The notes beneath the pieces were generated by a model. The model ran no database searches. It was not told the DNA's origin and was given only the letters and a program-made list of their open reading frames with translations. Below, piece by piece: positions 10,271 to 22,385 of a stretch of DNA of 64,000 bases. A program made the translations under genes and the position numbers. Location: positions 12,648,001-12,712,000 of the forward strand of contig NC_083426.1 in assembly GCF_020745735.1 (NCBI RefSeq). The letters are read 5' to 3'. Source of the stretch: Hemiscyllium ocellatum (lineage: Eukaryota). The stretch's first letter is position 1; each line of letters opens with the position of its first letter.

Positions 10271-12960
10271 TAAATATGTTCCCTCAATTATTAAAGAAAA
10301 TTGAAGCAGGACACTGTGACTAAAGGCTGCTCGAGAAACCAAAGAATGAAATAAGAATGGCATTGGAGGGAGAGTTTCTGCATTCCCACTGTCTGGAATG
10401 AGGTCTGTTGGCTGGTCTTTATTCTTTGGGAGTTTGTGCTGTTTCGGTCACAGTGTAGTCTACAAGACAATATAAGGTGAAGGTTATAATTAATTTATAA
10501 TGATATTAATTTATAATTATTCTGAGCACCTTGTAAGTATTTCAAAAAAACATTGCTCACAGATATCGTAAAGAAAAAAAGCTTGTATTTATATCAATCC
10601 TTCCATGTCCTCAGGATGAAACACACTATTTAACTAACCATGTGAGAAATTTCTGAAATCTTTCTGAAGTTACAAATGACACATCAAGTGGATTATTTGT
10701 TCGGAATAGCGTCAGGCTTCTTGATCCTTGCTGTAGCTGCAGCATCAAGATCTGAGTGGCCTTCATTTCAAATTGGGGCCATTCGAGTCACTGATCAACT
10801 TCACAGCAAAGGCAGCAGGGGATCACCCAGCCATTCCAGGATGCAAAATTGTGTGGGGGGTGGGGGGAGAGGGCGAGCAGCAATGTCTGTAGAAACATTG
10901 AAGATAGGAGCAGGAGTGGGCCATTTGGCCTTTTGACACTGCTCCCCCATTCATTCTGATCATCCAATTGAGAACCCTGAGGTACATAAGGAAAGAGTCA
11001 ATGGCCAAATCTGTGTGCAAGGTGCAGTTTAATCTGGGGAAGTAGGAGTTCATCTGCTTTCTAGTATCTGAGAAGGAAGTGGGAGCAAACGGTTAATGTC
11101 AGTCAGTTAGTGGCGTAACTGATGATCTAATTATGATATTGAGAGAACACTCAGAGAGAGAATCTGAGATGGAGAAGCAGCTCTCTGTATTAGATTGCTG
11201 TAGTATATATTTTGTGAATAAAGAGTTGGAATTGCTTTACCGTGACTATCTCCACATTACTATCAGAGTAGATAAGGACAGCCAACCAATTGAATAGTAC
11301 AGGGACAGTGCCAAACGGAGCCTTAGAGAGACGTACAGGAAGACCATAGTGCAGACCTCCGTTCCATGGTCAGCCTCATCTCACACCACAATGGCAGCAC
11401 AGTGGGCATCATTTAGAGGTACCTGATGCCAGTAATTGATAAACCCACAGGATGACCTGCCAGCTTCAGAAAAGAAGATAAATGAGGGTGAGAGCTGTCA
11501 AAGACTTCAGAAACAAGGAACACCTTAAAATTGGGTAAACTTTGAAGGGAAAGAAAGGCAGAACAATGGAACAGCTCAAGATGTTGATGCTAAAAGTGTA
11601 AGTAAAGGACCAGGGAGACTTGATTTTGGACAAGAATACAGGGTGTCTTAGAATTACAGAGTGTGTTTCCCAATTCAAGAGATAGGTGCCATCTTTAAAA
11701 GTGGCTGCCATGATCCAGTTGCAACCCTGACACACAGCATTAGTGAGAATGAGAAAGGACCATTTCTTAGTCAAGTTCTGAATAGGGCATTTAACTGGAA
11801 CTAAGATCATGATGGAAAGCACTTACAATACTTTTCAGAAGTGTGTTTCTGATTGATTGCTCTATTATGGTCAAGAGAAGGAAGTCTTCAATCTTGTAAT
11901 GCCGGATATGATCTGGGATATCTTGGGTAGATTTGACACCACCAATCCATCATGCTGGCATTAATCTGAGCCATTGATATCATGTGGGGAAGGATGCCCT
12001 CTGACGTCCCTGGCAGAAGACAAACTCAGTGTTGATGAACAGTAAATAGGGTTAGTCCATGATATTTAATGGTGGTTGGATTAAATCTAAGATACAGGAT
12101 TATCTCTTGTGAAACATCTTTAGTTGCATGTTGTGTATAGTTTGGGCTTGGACTTGCTGGAGTTCAGAAGAGCGTAGGAAGTTGAGAAGTGACCTGATAG
12201 AAGTGTATAAAAGACTGAGAGATATAGATAGAGTTGATGGCAGTTGTCTTTTCCCTGAGATGGGGAATTTCAAGACTCAGGGGCACATTGTTCACAGGAG
12301 AGGAGAGAATAATCAGTAAATTACTGCTGTTATTTTACTATCTGTACACTGACAACAATCCTGCCTTTTCTGCCCTCAAGATCCTTCACATTGATCTCTC
12401 TCTCCCATCGTGAACCATCCTTTGCTGAACTTTAATTCTCTTCCTCTCCCATTTGAGGTCTCTCATCATCTTCCTGGGTCACCTGTTGTATCTGCCCCTT
12501 GAGCCCTGAAAATGCAGCCCCTGAGCCCACAATGAGTCCACACACTCCCCTCTCCTCCCTGGATGAAACCCTCCTTCTCCAGTCGAAGTAAGGACCCTTC
12601 AGCACCTGTACCCTCCTTCACACTGATCCCCAGCCAACTCCAATCCAGGCCTGTCACTCAGGCTGCTCTCCAGGGGGGCGGGGCAACATTTTGATGATGT
12701 CACACACGGTGGAGTTAGAGCCCACAGCGGGCAGCACAAACCCAATTTCAAGATTGTCCCAAAACTTGACCAGTGGGATAAGAAAATATCTCGACTGTTT
12801 CAATCATTCCCTGGGAATTTGGAACACCCTGAGGCTCTGATAAGCATTTATATTAATGATTACCTTCATCACATACTGGATGGAATGTAGCTGATTAAAA
12901 TGAATCTGTTTATGTTATGCATTTCTTCCCAGTTAAATTTCTGAAATATTGACTCCTCAG

Positions 12961-13268
12961 TTTCAGGTGCTTTATGGGCAGAGAAACACGTGATGGGAAT
13001 TTTGGGAAGAGCGATCATGATATATTGTCACGACGGAGCACAGTGGTACCAATCAAATATTAAACATTGGAGTCACGTTTGGAGTCGTTGTTCTGATGTT
13101 CTAGCAACAATAAATTGGCCAGAACATCAATCACTGATAACCAAACACAAGGAATATTTCTTGTCACAGTGAAGAATTTTTAATGGGGAAATGCAGGATG
13201 GTACAGATGTGGGGTTGAGCCTCCTGCCCTTGACCCAATGTTTACTGTAAAGCTGCACATCTCTGACG
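12961..13268 (+). pseudogene. Copy A V-domain exon (CD300/pIgR-like), disrupted
   Basis: Aligns to 41379-41693. KYWC is changed to KHWS, there is a ~7-nt deletion after TGGCCA (frameshift) and an in-frame TAA. Splice sites cag and G|gtaaag are intact. Confidence 0.9.
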
Positions 13269-13411
13269 GTAAAGGTCTCAGTGATATTTTTTATTACTCT
13301 TTGTTGAGATGACTGGTCATTATTTAATCCCGGAAGAAACTTGACAAAGTTTTGGGAGTATTTGATGTTTCGGTTACATTCAATTTCTCAATAGTTGTTT
13401 CTTTCCCACAG

Positions 13412-13679
13412 AAGCTGTCTCCACTCACCAACTTGGAATTTTATCCCCAACAAATGTCTCATGTTCTGGAGGTTCAGTGACAGTCTCCTGTGAGTCTGCC
13501 CGAGGATCCCTCCCCATTCACTACACATGGTCTGAGAAGATGCCATCTTAAGATTCAAAGATCTCTTACACTAATAAACTGGATCTACATTGTCAATCCT
13601 TCACACAGCAACATCATCAATATTACTGCACAGCCTCAAATACTCAGGGAACAAAACCCAGTGAAATAACAGAGAAGAA
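13412..13679 (+). pseudogene. Copy A C2-domain exon, 5' part (interrupted by a 15-kb insertion)
   Basis: Aligns to 41825-42117 with indels. Breaks off at AGAGAAGAA, where CR1 sequence begins. Confidence 0.88.
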
Positions 13680-14395
13680 GAAGTAACAAAGAGGATTGAT
13701 GAGGACAGAGCAGTAGATGTGATTTATCTGGACATCAGTAAGGCTTTCGACAAGGTTCCCCATGGAATGTAGATGATTAAAATATATCTGTTTATGTTAC
13801 GCATTTCTTCCCAGTTAAATTTCTGAAATATTGACTCCTTAGTTTCACGTGCTTTATGGACAGAGAAACACGTGATGGGAATTTTGGGAAGAGCGATCAC
13901 AATATATTGTCACAACGGAGCACAGTGGTTAGCAAGGTTAGCTCTCACAGAATACAGGGAGAACTAGCCATTTGGATGCAGAACTGGCTCAAAGGGTGGT
14001 GGTGGAGGGCTGTTTTTCAGACTGGAGGCCTGTGACCAGTGGAGTGCTACAAGAATCAGGTGCTGGACCCTCTATTTTTTCTCATTTACATAAATGATTT
14101 GGATGTGAGCATAAGACGTCCAGTTAGTAAGTTTGTAGATGACATCAAAATTGGAGGTGCAGTGGACATCGAAGAGGGATGCCTCAGATTACAACAGGAT
14201 ATTGACCAGATGGGTCAATGGGCTGAGAAGTGGCAGATGGAGTTTAATTCAGATAAATGTGAGGTGCTTCATTTGAGAAAGCAAATCTGAGCAGGACTTT
14301 TACACTTAATGGTAAGGTGCTAGGGAGTGTTGCTGAACAAAGAGACCTTGGAATGCAGGTTCATAGCTCCTTGAAGGTCGCAGGTAGATAGGATA
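13680..14395 (+). mobile_element. Outer CR1 (5' part) inserted in the C2 exon
   Basis: EEVTKRIDE...KAFDKVPH...GPLFFLIYINDL...KFVDD. Continues at 28548. Confidence 0.88.
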
Positions 14396-15290
14396 AAGAA
14401 GAACAAAGAAAGAACAAAGAAAATTTACAGCCCACGAACAGGCCCTTCAGCCCTCCAAGCCTGAGCTGATCCAAATGTACTGTCTAAACCTATCGGTCTA
14501 TTCCTAAGCAGCTGTATCCCTCTACTCCCCATCTACTCATGCATTTATCCAGACGCAACTTAAATGAATCAACCATCCCTGCCTCTACCACCTCTGCTGG
14601 CAACACATTCTAAACGCCCACCAACCTCTGTGTGAAGTACTTGCCGCGTGGATCCACCTTAAACTTTCCACCTCTCACCTTGAAAGTGTGACCTCTCGTT
14701 ATTGAATCCTTCACCCCGGGAAAAAGCTTGTATCTATCCACCCTTCTATACCCTTCATGACTTTGTAAACCTCAATCAGGTCCCTCCTCAATCTCCTTTT
14801 TTCTAATAAAAATAAATCTAACCACTCAACCTTTCTTCATTGCTAGCACCTTCCATACCAGGCAACATCCTTGTAAACCTTCTCTGCACCCTCTCCAAAG
14901 CGTCCACATTCTTTTGGTAATGTGGCGACCAGAACTGTACACAGTATTCTAAATGCAGCCGAACCAATGTCTTGTACAATGTTAACATGACTTGCCAGCT
15001 CTTCTCCTCAATACCCCGTCCAATGAAGGCAAGCGTACTATATGCTTTCTCGACCAATCTATCTACCTCTGCAGCAACCTTCAGCGTACAATGGACCTGC
15101 ACTCCAAGATCTCTCTGCTCATCAACTTTTCCCAAGGCTCTTCCATTCATTGTATAATTTGCTCTAGAATTAATCTTGCCTAAATGCATCACCTCACATT
15201 TGTCTGGATTGAAAACTATCTGCCACTTTTCCGCCCAACTCTCCAGTCTATCTATATCCTTCTGTATTCTCTAACAGTCCCTTATGCTTT
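14396..15290 (-). mobile_element. Inner CR1 (3' part with tail)
   Basis: HLEYCVQFWSPHYQK...LERVQRRFTRMLPG. Tail (ctttgttcttt)n. Continues at 23691. Confidence 0.9.
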
Positions 15291-16521
15291 TGTTATATGT
15301 GAATTCTGTCTAGGTATTCTAAATCTCCAGAGAATAGTCCCTGACACTCGGCTAACTACTCTACACTAGGGCTATGGTTCAAATCAACCGGGTTCTGCCT
15401 CCACACTCTGCTGACCGCGGACTGTCCTTTAACCCTTGACTTCAAGGGAGACTGTCCACAAGGTCCCGTCCTAGGAGGCGAACTCCAAGCTGTCAGCACC
15501 AGCCCTTATCCCCTCCGGCTACCGCTTTTCCCGTGGCAAATCGAAATGCTGCGAGACACACAAACGAGCAACAGATGTTTATTCAAACTTGCAAGTTCGG
15601 GCGTCTTCCAAAAAGGACTTCGGAAGAATCGCGACGAAAGATTTTATAGCACTAATATTTATACATTATTCTTACATTCAAAAACATTAGTGACAATTCC
15701 ATTGGTTAAAACATTTCATGCTTTTCTCTGCCAATTCTTTAATTAAATGTTATAATTAAATGTTATATTGTTTTAACAATTCTGCTGGTTAAAGCATTTC
15801 TTGGTTATCTGCATGTCATAAAAGAGTTTCTATTGTATTTTGCCCTCTGTGTCTAGCTAAAGCATTCCTTGGTATCTTGCCCAAGGTTACCATGTTCCTG
15901 GCATAACAGAGGTGACTTCTAGTTCATGCTTCCATATGGCCTAGCTGAACATCAGTCTCATAATTTAGCCTTTATTCATTAAACCTTAGTTTTAGTACAG
16001 AAATTANNNNNNNNNNNNNNNNNNNNNNNNNNNNNNNNNNNNNNNNNNNNNNNNNNNNNNNNNNNNNNNNNNNNNNNNNNNNNNNNNNNNNNNNNNNNNN
16101 NNNNNNNNNNNNNNNNNNNNNNNNNNNNNNNNNNNNNNNNNNNNNNNNNNNNNNNNNNNNNNNNNNNNNNNNNNNNNNNNNNNNNNNNNNNNNNNNNNNN
16201 NNNNNNNNNNNNNNNNNNNNNNNNNNNNNNNNNNNNNNNNNNNNNNNNNNNNNNNNNNNNNNNNNNNNNNNNNNNNNNNNNNTGAGGTGTGTGTGNNNNN
16301 NNNNNNNNNNNNNNNNNNNNNNNNNNNNNNNNNNNNNNNNNNNNNNNNNNNNNNNNNNNNNNNNNNNNNNNNNNNNNNNNNNNNNNNNNNNNNNNNNNNN
16401 NNNNNNNNNNNNNNNNNNNNNNNNNNNNNNNNNNNNNNNNNNNNNNNNNNNNNNNNNNNNNNNNNNNNNNNNNNNNNNNNNNNNNNNNNNNNNNNNNNNN
16501 NNNNNNNNNTGCATGAGTAGA

Positions 16522-16556
<35 letters not shown>

Positions 16557-16593
16557 AATGCATGAAACTGCAGAAATTACATTAACCATATCA
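15291..16593 (-). repeat. ERV 3' LTR
   Basis: Direct repeat of 22386-23690. On the minus strand: CCAAT at 15701-15705, TATAAAA at 15642-15648, AATAAA at 15578-15583. Partly N-masked CA-rich tract. Confidence 0.95.
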
Positions 16594-16610
16594 ATCCCCC
16601 CTGTCTTTTT
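16594..16610 (-). promoter_or_regulatory. Polypurine tract
   Basis: AAAAAGACAGGGGGGAT immediately 5' of the 3' LTR. Confidence 0.9.
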
Positions 16611-18524
16611 ATACAGTCTGTAATTTCTGCAGCATAATCATGGCCTGTCTATCCCAATCAGCCTCAGGATCGTCCGCATCAGTTTGGAGGTGAATGCCCA
16701 CTACTGTACGCGGGTCGCCCTTCATAAGGGCCGTCTCAATAAGGCGGGTAATCAGGCCACGCAGACAGGGAATTATACAACAGCCCAAAGCGACTAAAAC
16801 CCCTGTTACCACCAGAAGTGTAATCACTACTGAGACCATCACCCCCTTCCATTTACCGAACCACCGCTCTAGCCAGCCAGTCCAATCAGTATTTACACCT
16901 GAATTCTCAGCTATTTCCTCGGCCAGCGCCTGGAGACCCTCCAAGGCACGGGTGACCGAGCCGTCAGGGGCCGTATTGTTGGGAATAAAAGTGCAACATT
17001 GAGAGCCGATCATGGCACAAACACCTACCTTTTCAGCTAAGTGCATATCCAAGGCCAGCCTATTCTCCCAAGCCATACGACTGGTGGCATCCAGTTGTTC
17101 CGCCAGGCCCTTTACTGCATCTCTAGTATAGTTAGTAAATCGTGCTTGGTTATAATAAATGTAGTTTATCCAATCGACATTCTTATTAATAGTGACCCAC
17201 CAGAACAGGGACGACTCAAAGCCTGCTGCAATTTGGTTACGAGCTTTGAACTCATCAGGTACCCCCCCAGGGACCCCTATTGAATCAAGATAAATCTTAT
17301 CATCAAAAGAAGTCGGTAACAGCGATCTCTTATCCCTTCCCTTTCTCCCGACTATCTGTTCTCCCTCAAATGCCAAGGTGAATGGAATTGCCAATTGTAC
17401 AATTGCACATATCCCCTTCCAATCTGGGGGTAGGGTGGGTCTCAGTACTTTGCCTCCACATTACCACCACAGATCCGCTCGGGGAACATTTAAAGCTGAG
17501 TAGTTTCTTCCTTCCTCCGCTTCAGTAACGTTTTTAATTGCTGAACACAATCTCAGCTCCCTCAAATCGCGAGATCGACCTTGTCTGTGCACACACGACG
17601 TGTGGTTTCCAACAGCAGCCGAAAATACAGGGGGAGCTTGTGTCTTTCGTTTCTCCAAAGGAGGGAACATGAAAGACAAGGAGGTACAATTCGGATTTTT
17701 CCATGCAGTCTTATCCTGATATAGGGCTATCATACATTCCATGCCCTGTTTGTTTCGCTCCCACCCAAGCGGAAAGGGAACCACCTGAGACACTGCCCTA
17801 CCGGAGGCACATGCATAGCAATTGCTTTTGTTCAGGCTTTTTACAGTATATTTAACCCATTCAACCCAGGCATTTGCATTTCCGTATCCCGTTTCTATTT
17901 CAAGAGTCTGTCTCAGGTCTTTAACCTCTATAACCTGCAGTGAATTTGGATCAGTGTGAGGGGTGAAAGTCTGCAGTTTAGAATCAAGGAATCCCAAAGG
18001 ATGTCCCCGTCCTACGCAAATTCGAAAACAGCAGCCCACAAAACGCTTCCCATACGCTGTCATCTCTATCTTTAAATCTTTACTAAGAAGTTGGGACCCA
18101 TTTTTACGGGGAAATGAGTCTTCAGAGGAAGTATTTTTAATGGTGAGATATATCGGATGACACTTCCTGTCAAAACAGTTTAGGGCTGGGCTGAAGGGGG
18201 CTCTATGGATAGTGATACCAGGCGGTGGCTTTCGCGACCCAAACCTTACGTCCGGAATAGTGTGAAGAGATATTTGGGAGGAAACATATTCCCTTTGAAA
18301 TTTACATCTGGGCATTGTACTAGGCTGCAAGCATCGATTTTTATAACTTGTGGAAACTCCGAAACAAAAATCATTAACACAACATCTGAAAAAGATATAT
18401 GAGCAAAACTCAGAAGTAACAGGAATAGCAGCATAATTCTGACTAGTGCTAAGAACTTAAACATTAAAATAAAGCACAAAACAAGGTTAACATACAATTC
18501 TGAAGAAACAGTCCCCGCACTCAC
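16609..18524 (-). pseudogene. env: env (signal peptide-SU-TM) with one frameshift and one in-frame stop
   Basis: Hydrophobic leader in ORF 18246-18524. SU ORF 17461-18330 and TM ORF 16609-17394 are in frame across a single TAA (17461-17463). Furin site RDKR, GVP.GVPDEFKARNQIAAGFES, ISD ENRLALDMHLAEK, CX6CC, TM helix. Confidence 0.9.
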
Positions 18525-18649
18525 GTCGCCACAGTATAGTCAGTTAATCAAAGTCTCTTCAGTCTGAGTTTTAGTGGGTCACGTGTTGATTCGGCTGTCC
18601 AGACTCCTTTCTTAACTGGAGAGGGTACTGGCCCTTTGCCAGCCTTTCT

Positions 18650-18712
18650 CCACCGTTCAGTGGTGAGGAGTACTAGGAACGGGCCGTCCCACACAAGTTC
18701 GAGAGTTTGCTG
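18650..18712 (-). pseudogene. pol: Integrase C-terminal remnant
   Basis: QTLELVWDGPFLVLLTTE matches the WxGP(F/Y)xVLLTT motif. Confidence 0.75.
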
Positions 18713-19513
18713 TTGTCAATGTTTGATCAAAACCCCTTCACCGGGTTCAATAGTGTGCACAGCGAAATCCAGAGGTGGTGTCTGAGTCAGGAGTCCCTGG
18801 TGGAGTAAATGAGAAACAGCGAAGCCCAGGGTCTCAACATATTTACATATACACATATCTCGTGAGTCAAGCTCTAGGTGATAAACACTCAAACATTCAT
18901 GCACTAACGAACAGATGACTTTCAGCCAGAAACACAACAAAATGTAATAGCTTCCGTTCGCTCTCTGTAGGTCCTGACACACAGCCAATCGCTCTCTCTC
19001 TCTCTCTCTCTCTCTCATACGGTGTTGGTCTCTCTGTCTATGTCTGCCTGTCATTGTCTCCTGTGTCTGCGCGTCGGAGCTCATAGCGACCTCCCCTCGA
19101 CCACCAGGTCTTCAAGTGCTAACTCTTTTCCCCAACTATCTCCATTCCCAGTCTCCAGTACTACTGCCTGGGCAGTCCCCATGTGGCAGATCACCCCCCC
19201 TTCCCCGGAGGTCACTGTTCTACATAGGGAACTGTTCAGGGTCGGTTGTCAGTAACATTTTAATTCTTTCAAGCACATCGCAGTTGTCAAATGCAATGTT
19301 TTCCCTGTGTCTGGGCGCATCCGCCCCCGGAGCTCCCGCTCCCTACCTCCCGCTGTTCCCCCCCCGTACAGTTGTTCAATGCAGCCCTACGCGCTGTATA
19401 GCCCCCACGAACAATCTCAGCGCAATACAGTCTACTTACTGTCTCAACGTCCTGAAACTTACTCTCAAGTTACCCATATTAATTCGCATCTGCCCTCAGA
19501 GTTTCTGTCCCCC

Positions 19514-19818
19514 CCTGCCTCACCGGCAGCTTATCTCTCTGTGTAACTGGATACATTTGCACCCCCCCCCCCCCCCCCCCCCCCCGAGCCCCTGCTCCCC
19601 TGCCTCACCGGCAGCCTATCTCTCTGTGTAACTGGGCATATTTGCCCCCCCCCGGAGCCCCTGCTCCCCTGCCTCACCGGCAGCCTATCTCTCTGTGTAA
19701 CTGGGCATATTTGCCCCCCCCCCCCCCGGAGCCCCTGCTCCCCTGCCTCACCGGCAGCCTATCTCTCTGTGTAACTGGGCATATTTGCCCCCCCCGGAGC
19801 CCCTGCTCCCCTGCCTCA
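19514..19818. repeat. ~69-bp minisatellite inside the ERV (4 units plus a partial)
   Basis: Unit cctgcctcaccggcagcctatctctctgtgtaactgggcatatttg(C)nggagcccctgctcc with variable poly-C length. Confidence 0.92.
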
Positions 19819-20399
19819 TTTTCCTGAAGGTGGATACCACCCCTCATGTGAATTTGGAATTGTTCTAACTTATTACTACCTCATACTCAATCTCATGAAT
19901 GGTCCTCCTTTCCCTCGTTAAGTTCTAATAAAATCATATCATGAAAGAAAATAACATTAAACATTCATTAAATTACAATCAAAAATAGCACACTGAATCA
20001 AATGACAAACAATAAGTTTCAAACATAAAACCATTAACAAACAGATGAATTCAAGCCAGAGCACAAAGTGTTAAACTGCTTGTTAGCTGAGAAGCCTTCT
20101 GCTAGATTCTCTCTCTCTCCACACAGATGTTCGCAGAGAATTCCACACAAAAAGATCCATACACAAACACAAATTCTCACATCCACAGAGACTACTTAAT
20201 TTTTCACAATCAAATTTACACACAGAGATCCTATCGGGCCGGCCCACACAGACATAAATATTTAGATTTAGATATCCACCTTATTTATCCGACTCCTTTC
20301 CCTATTCACATTCCACTTCTCTTCACCACCCTTCCGCCAACTTCCATTATCCTTTCCGCGACTTCCTTTTGTCCTTCATACAGTCCTCCCTTACTACTG

Positions 20400-21130
20400 C
20401 TACCATTATCTTAGCCTTCCGTTCCTCCGCCATTATGCCTCTCTATACAAATACCTTCTGAACCTCCTGTAACAACTCCGACTCATTTCTACCGCTCCCG
20501 TCCTCTATCTTCTGTAACTTCTTCTAGATATCAGGCCATGCCTTTGTCACGAAGTGAACCTTTACCATCCCTCATCCTATTTCCCCATCTGGGTCTATAC
20601 CCGAACATTTCCTAACTGACTCCCTTAATCTGCGTAAGAATGCACAGGGAGACTCGTCCTTTCCCTGCCTCAGGTCGAAAACCTTGGCTAAATTTTGCTG
20701 TTTGGGGATGCAAGTTTGTATCCCTTGGATTATCAAATTTCGCAAGTCTGACATATTATCCCTTCTATATTGTGGTGGTCCCAGTTAGGGTTCTGAAGGG
20801 GATATTTGTCCTCACCCCTAACCATCCCCCTCTCATGCCAAATTGTCCGGCAAGCTCAATACCGGCGCTGCTACTAGTTTTTTTTTAAAAGTCTCAATTA
20901 ACACTTTCCCTATCCAGTATCCCCATATAAGTCTCCTTTCTCCCCCAGTAAATAGTATATTCAAAAATATACATTAACTCAGCCCACATATACAGACTGG
21001 GCCTCAAAAATAAATTAATTTGTTCTGACAATCCTATCGGATTCTCAACCAGGACCGTCATTTCCTTTTAAATGTTCCGATCTCCCCACTGGTGAGGGGG
21101 TCACACACAAACCTAATCTCCTTGTCCCCT
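20400..21130 (-). pseudogene. gag: gag capsid remnant
   Basis: PIGLSEQ...ERRLIW...KYPLQNPNWD...QGKDESPCAFLRRLRE (major homology region). Stops and frameshifts present; no zinc knuckle seen. Confidence 0.85.
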
Positions 21131-22361
21131 ATCGGCACTTTAGTCGTTACGTTCTTCTCTTTTTTTAAGAAATATTGCAATGTTCCTAGCTTCTCATATC
21201 CTCAAACACCAATTTATTAATTCATGCTTCACTAACTTTAAAGCCTGTTTCTAACTTGTAAACATATTTATATATTTATGTCCATTTATTCAGTATTTAA
21301 TATTTAAAATGTAAAATGCATACAGTTCCCAATTTTGAAATCCACTGTAATCACCCAGATTTAGTACCCTAATTTAGATCCAAAATTAGTTTTCTTATGT
21401 ACTCCTGACCAATCATTTCTCAATTATAATACTTTAGGTCGTAAAATAATCAGAGCTGTCTTACAATAATTTGTCAATTCAAGTTAAAAAAAATTCTAAT
21501 GGCTGAATCCAAGGTCTCCGATAATAACCATGGAAGTTATCGTCTTTTTTCGACAGCCTACTGTTGAACTGAAACTTCAACTGTCCTTCACATATTGAAA
21601 AAAATCATGTTAAGTTTACATAAAAATCACATTTAAAACAAGCCTGGAACTCAAGCTCCAGTGAATAAAACTTCCTCATTCAATCACCAACAAACAAATG
21701 TGCATTCAAACCAAATCACAAAGGGTTAAATGTTTCGTTAGCTGTTCTCGCACTCTCTCGCTCTCTCTCTCTCTCTCTCTCTTTGCCGGTCTTACTGCAA
21801 GCTGCTGGTAAAAATAAACTTCAGTTGTCCCCCTTATACTGCTTTTATGTAAAGATAATAGGGACCATCCAGAAACGGGGTTCAACACTATCAGTTTGTA
21901 ACTAATCTCTTCCGCTCTCCACAATCTCTGTAGAATTTATCAGGGGGAATTTTCGAGGTTTTGTCTTCCCGTTCCTTTTTCGACCCGGAACATTGGCCAC
22001 CCATGGTTGGTCTTCAGGTTAACCTATCTTCTATATCCCGGTTACTTAGTCAACCCTTTTTATCCCGGTTACCTAGTTAACCCTTAATTTCCCGGTTACC
22101 TGTCACAACCATGGAGTCGACAAGGCAGTAGTCACTTCTCTCAATAATCCTGCGAAAACCCCAAATACCAGAGAAGGTTCTTACCTTGATCCATGCACGG
22201 AGTTGTCCGACTCAAAATAAAAACTTCTACCTGTTACCTTATCAAAACTTCAACCTTTTACTTTATTGTGAGCGCCACCTATTCACATCGTTTGCTCAAA
22301 CATCTGTGTGTGTCACAGTGTCCCGGAATCATTCAGAGCCTCCCGTGGGAGTTCTTTTAAG

Positions 22362-22381
22362 ATCCCGGACACGAGCCCCCA
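22362..22381 (-). promoter_or_regulatory. Primer-binding site, tRNA-Pro type
   Basis: TGGGGGCTCGTGTCCGGGAT versus the canonical Pro PBS TGGGGGCTCGTCCGGGAT (2-nt insertion). Lies 4 nt from the LTR. Confidence 0.85.
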
Positions 22382-22385
22382 AATT

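Noticed and set aside
15972-16589. His/Thr-rich and X-filled ORFs (also 23075-23740)
   Set aside because: Artefacts of N runs and CA microsatellite within the LTRs.
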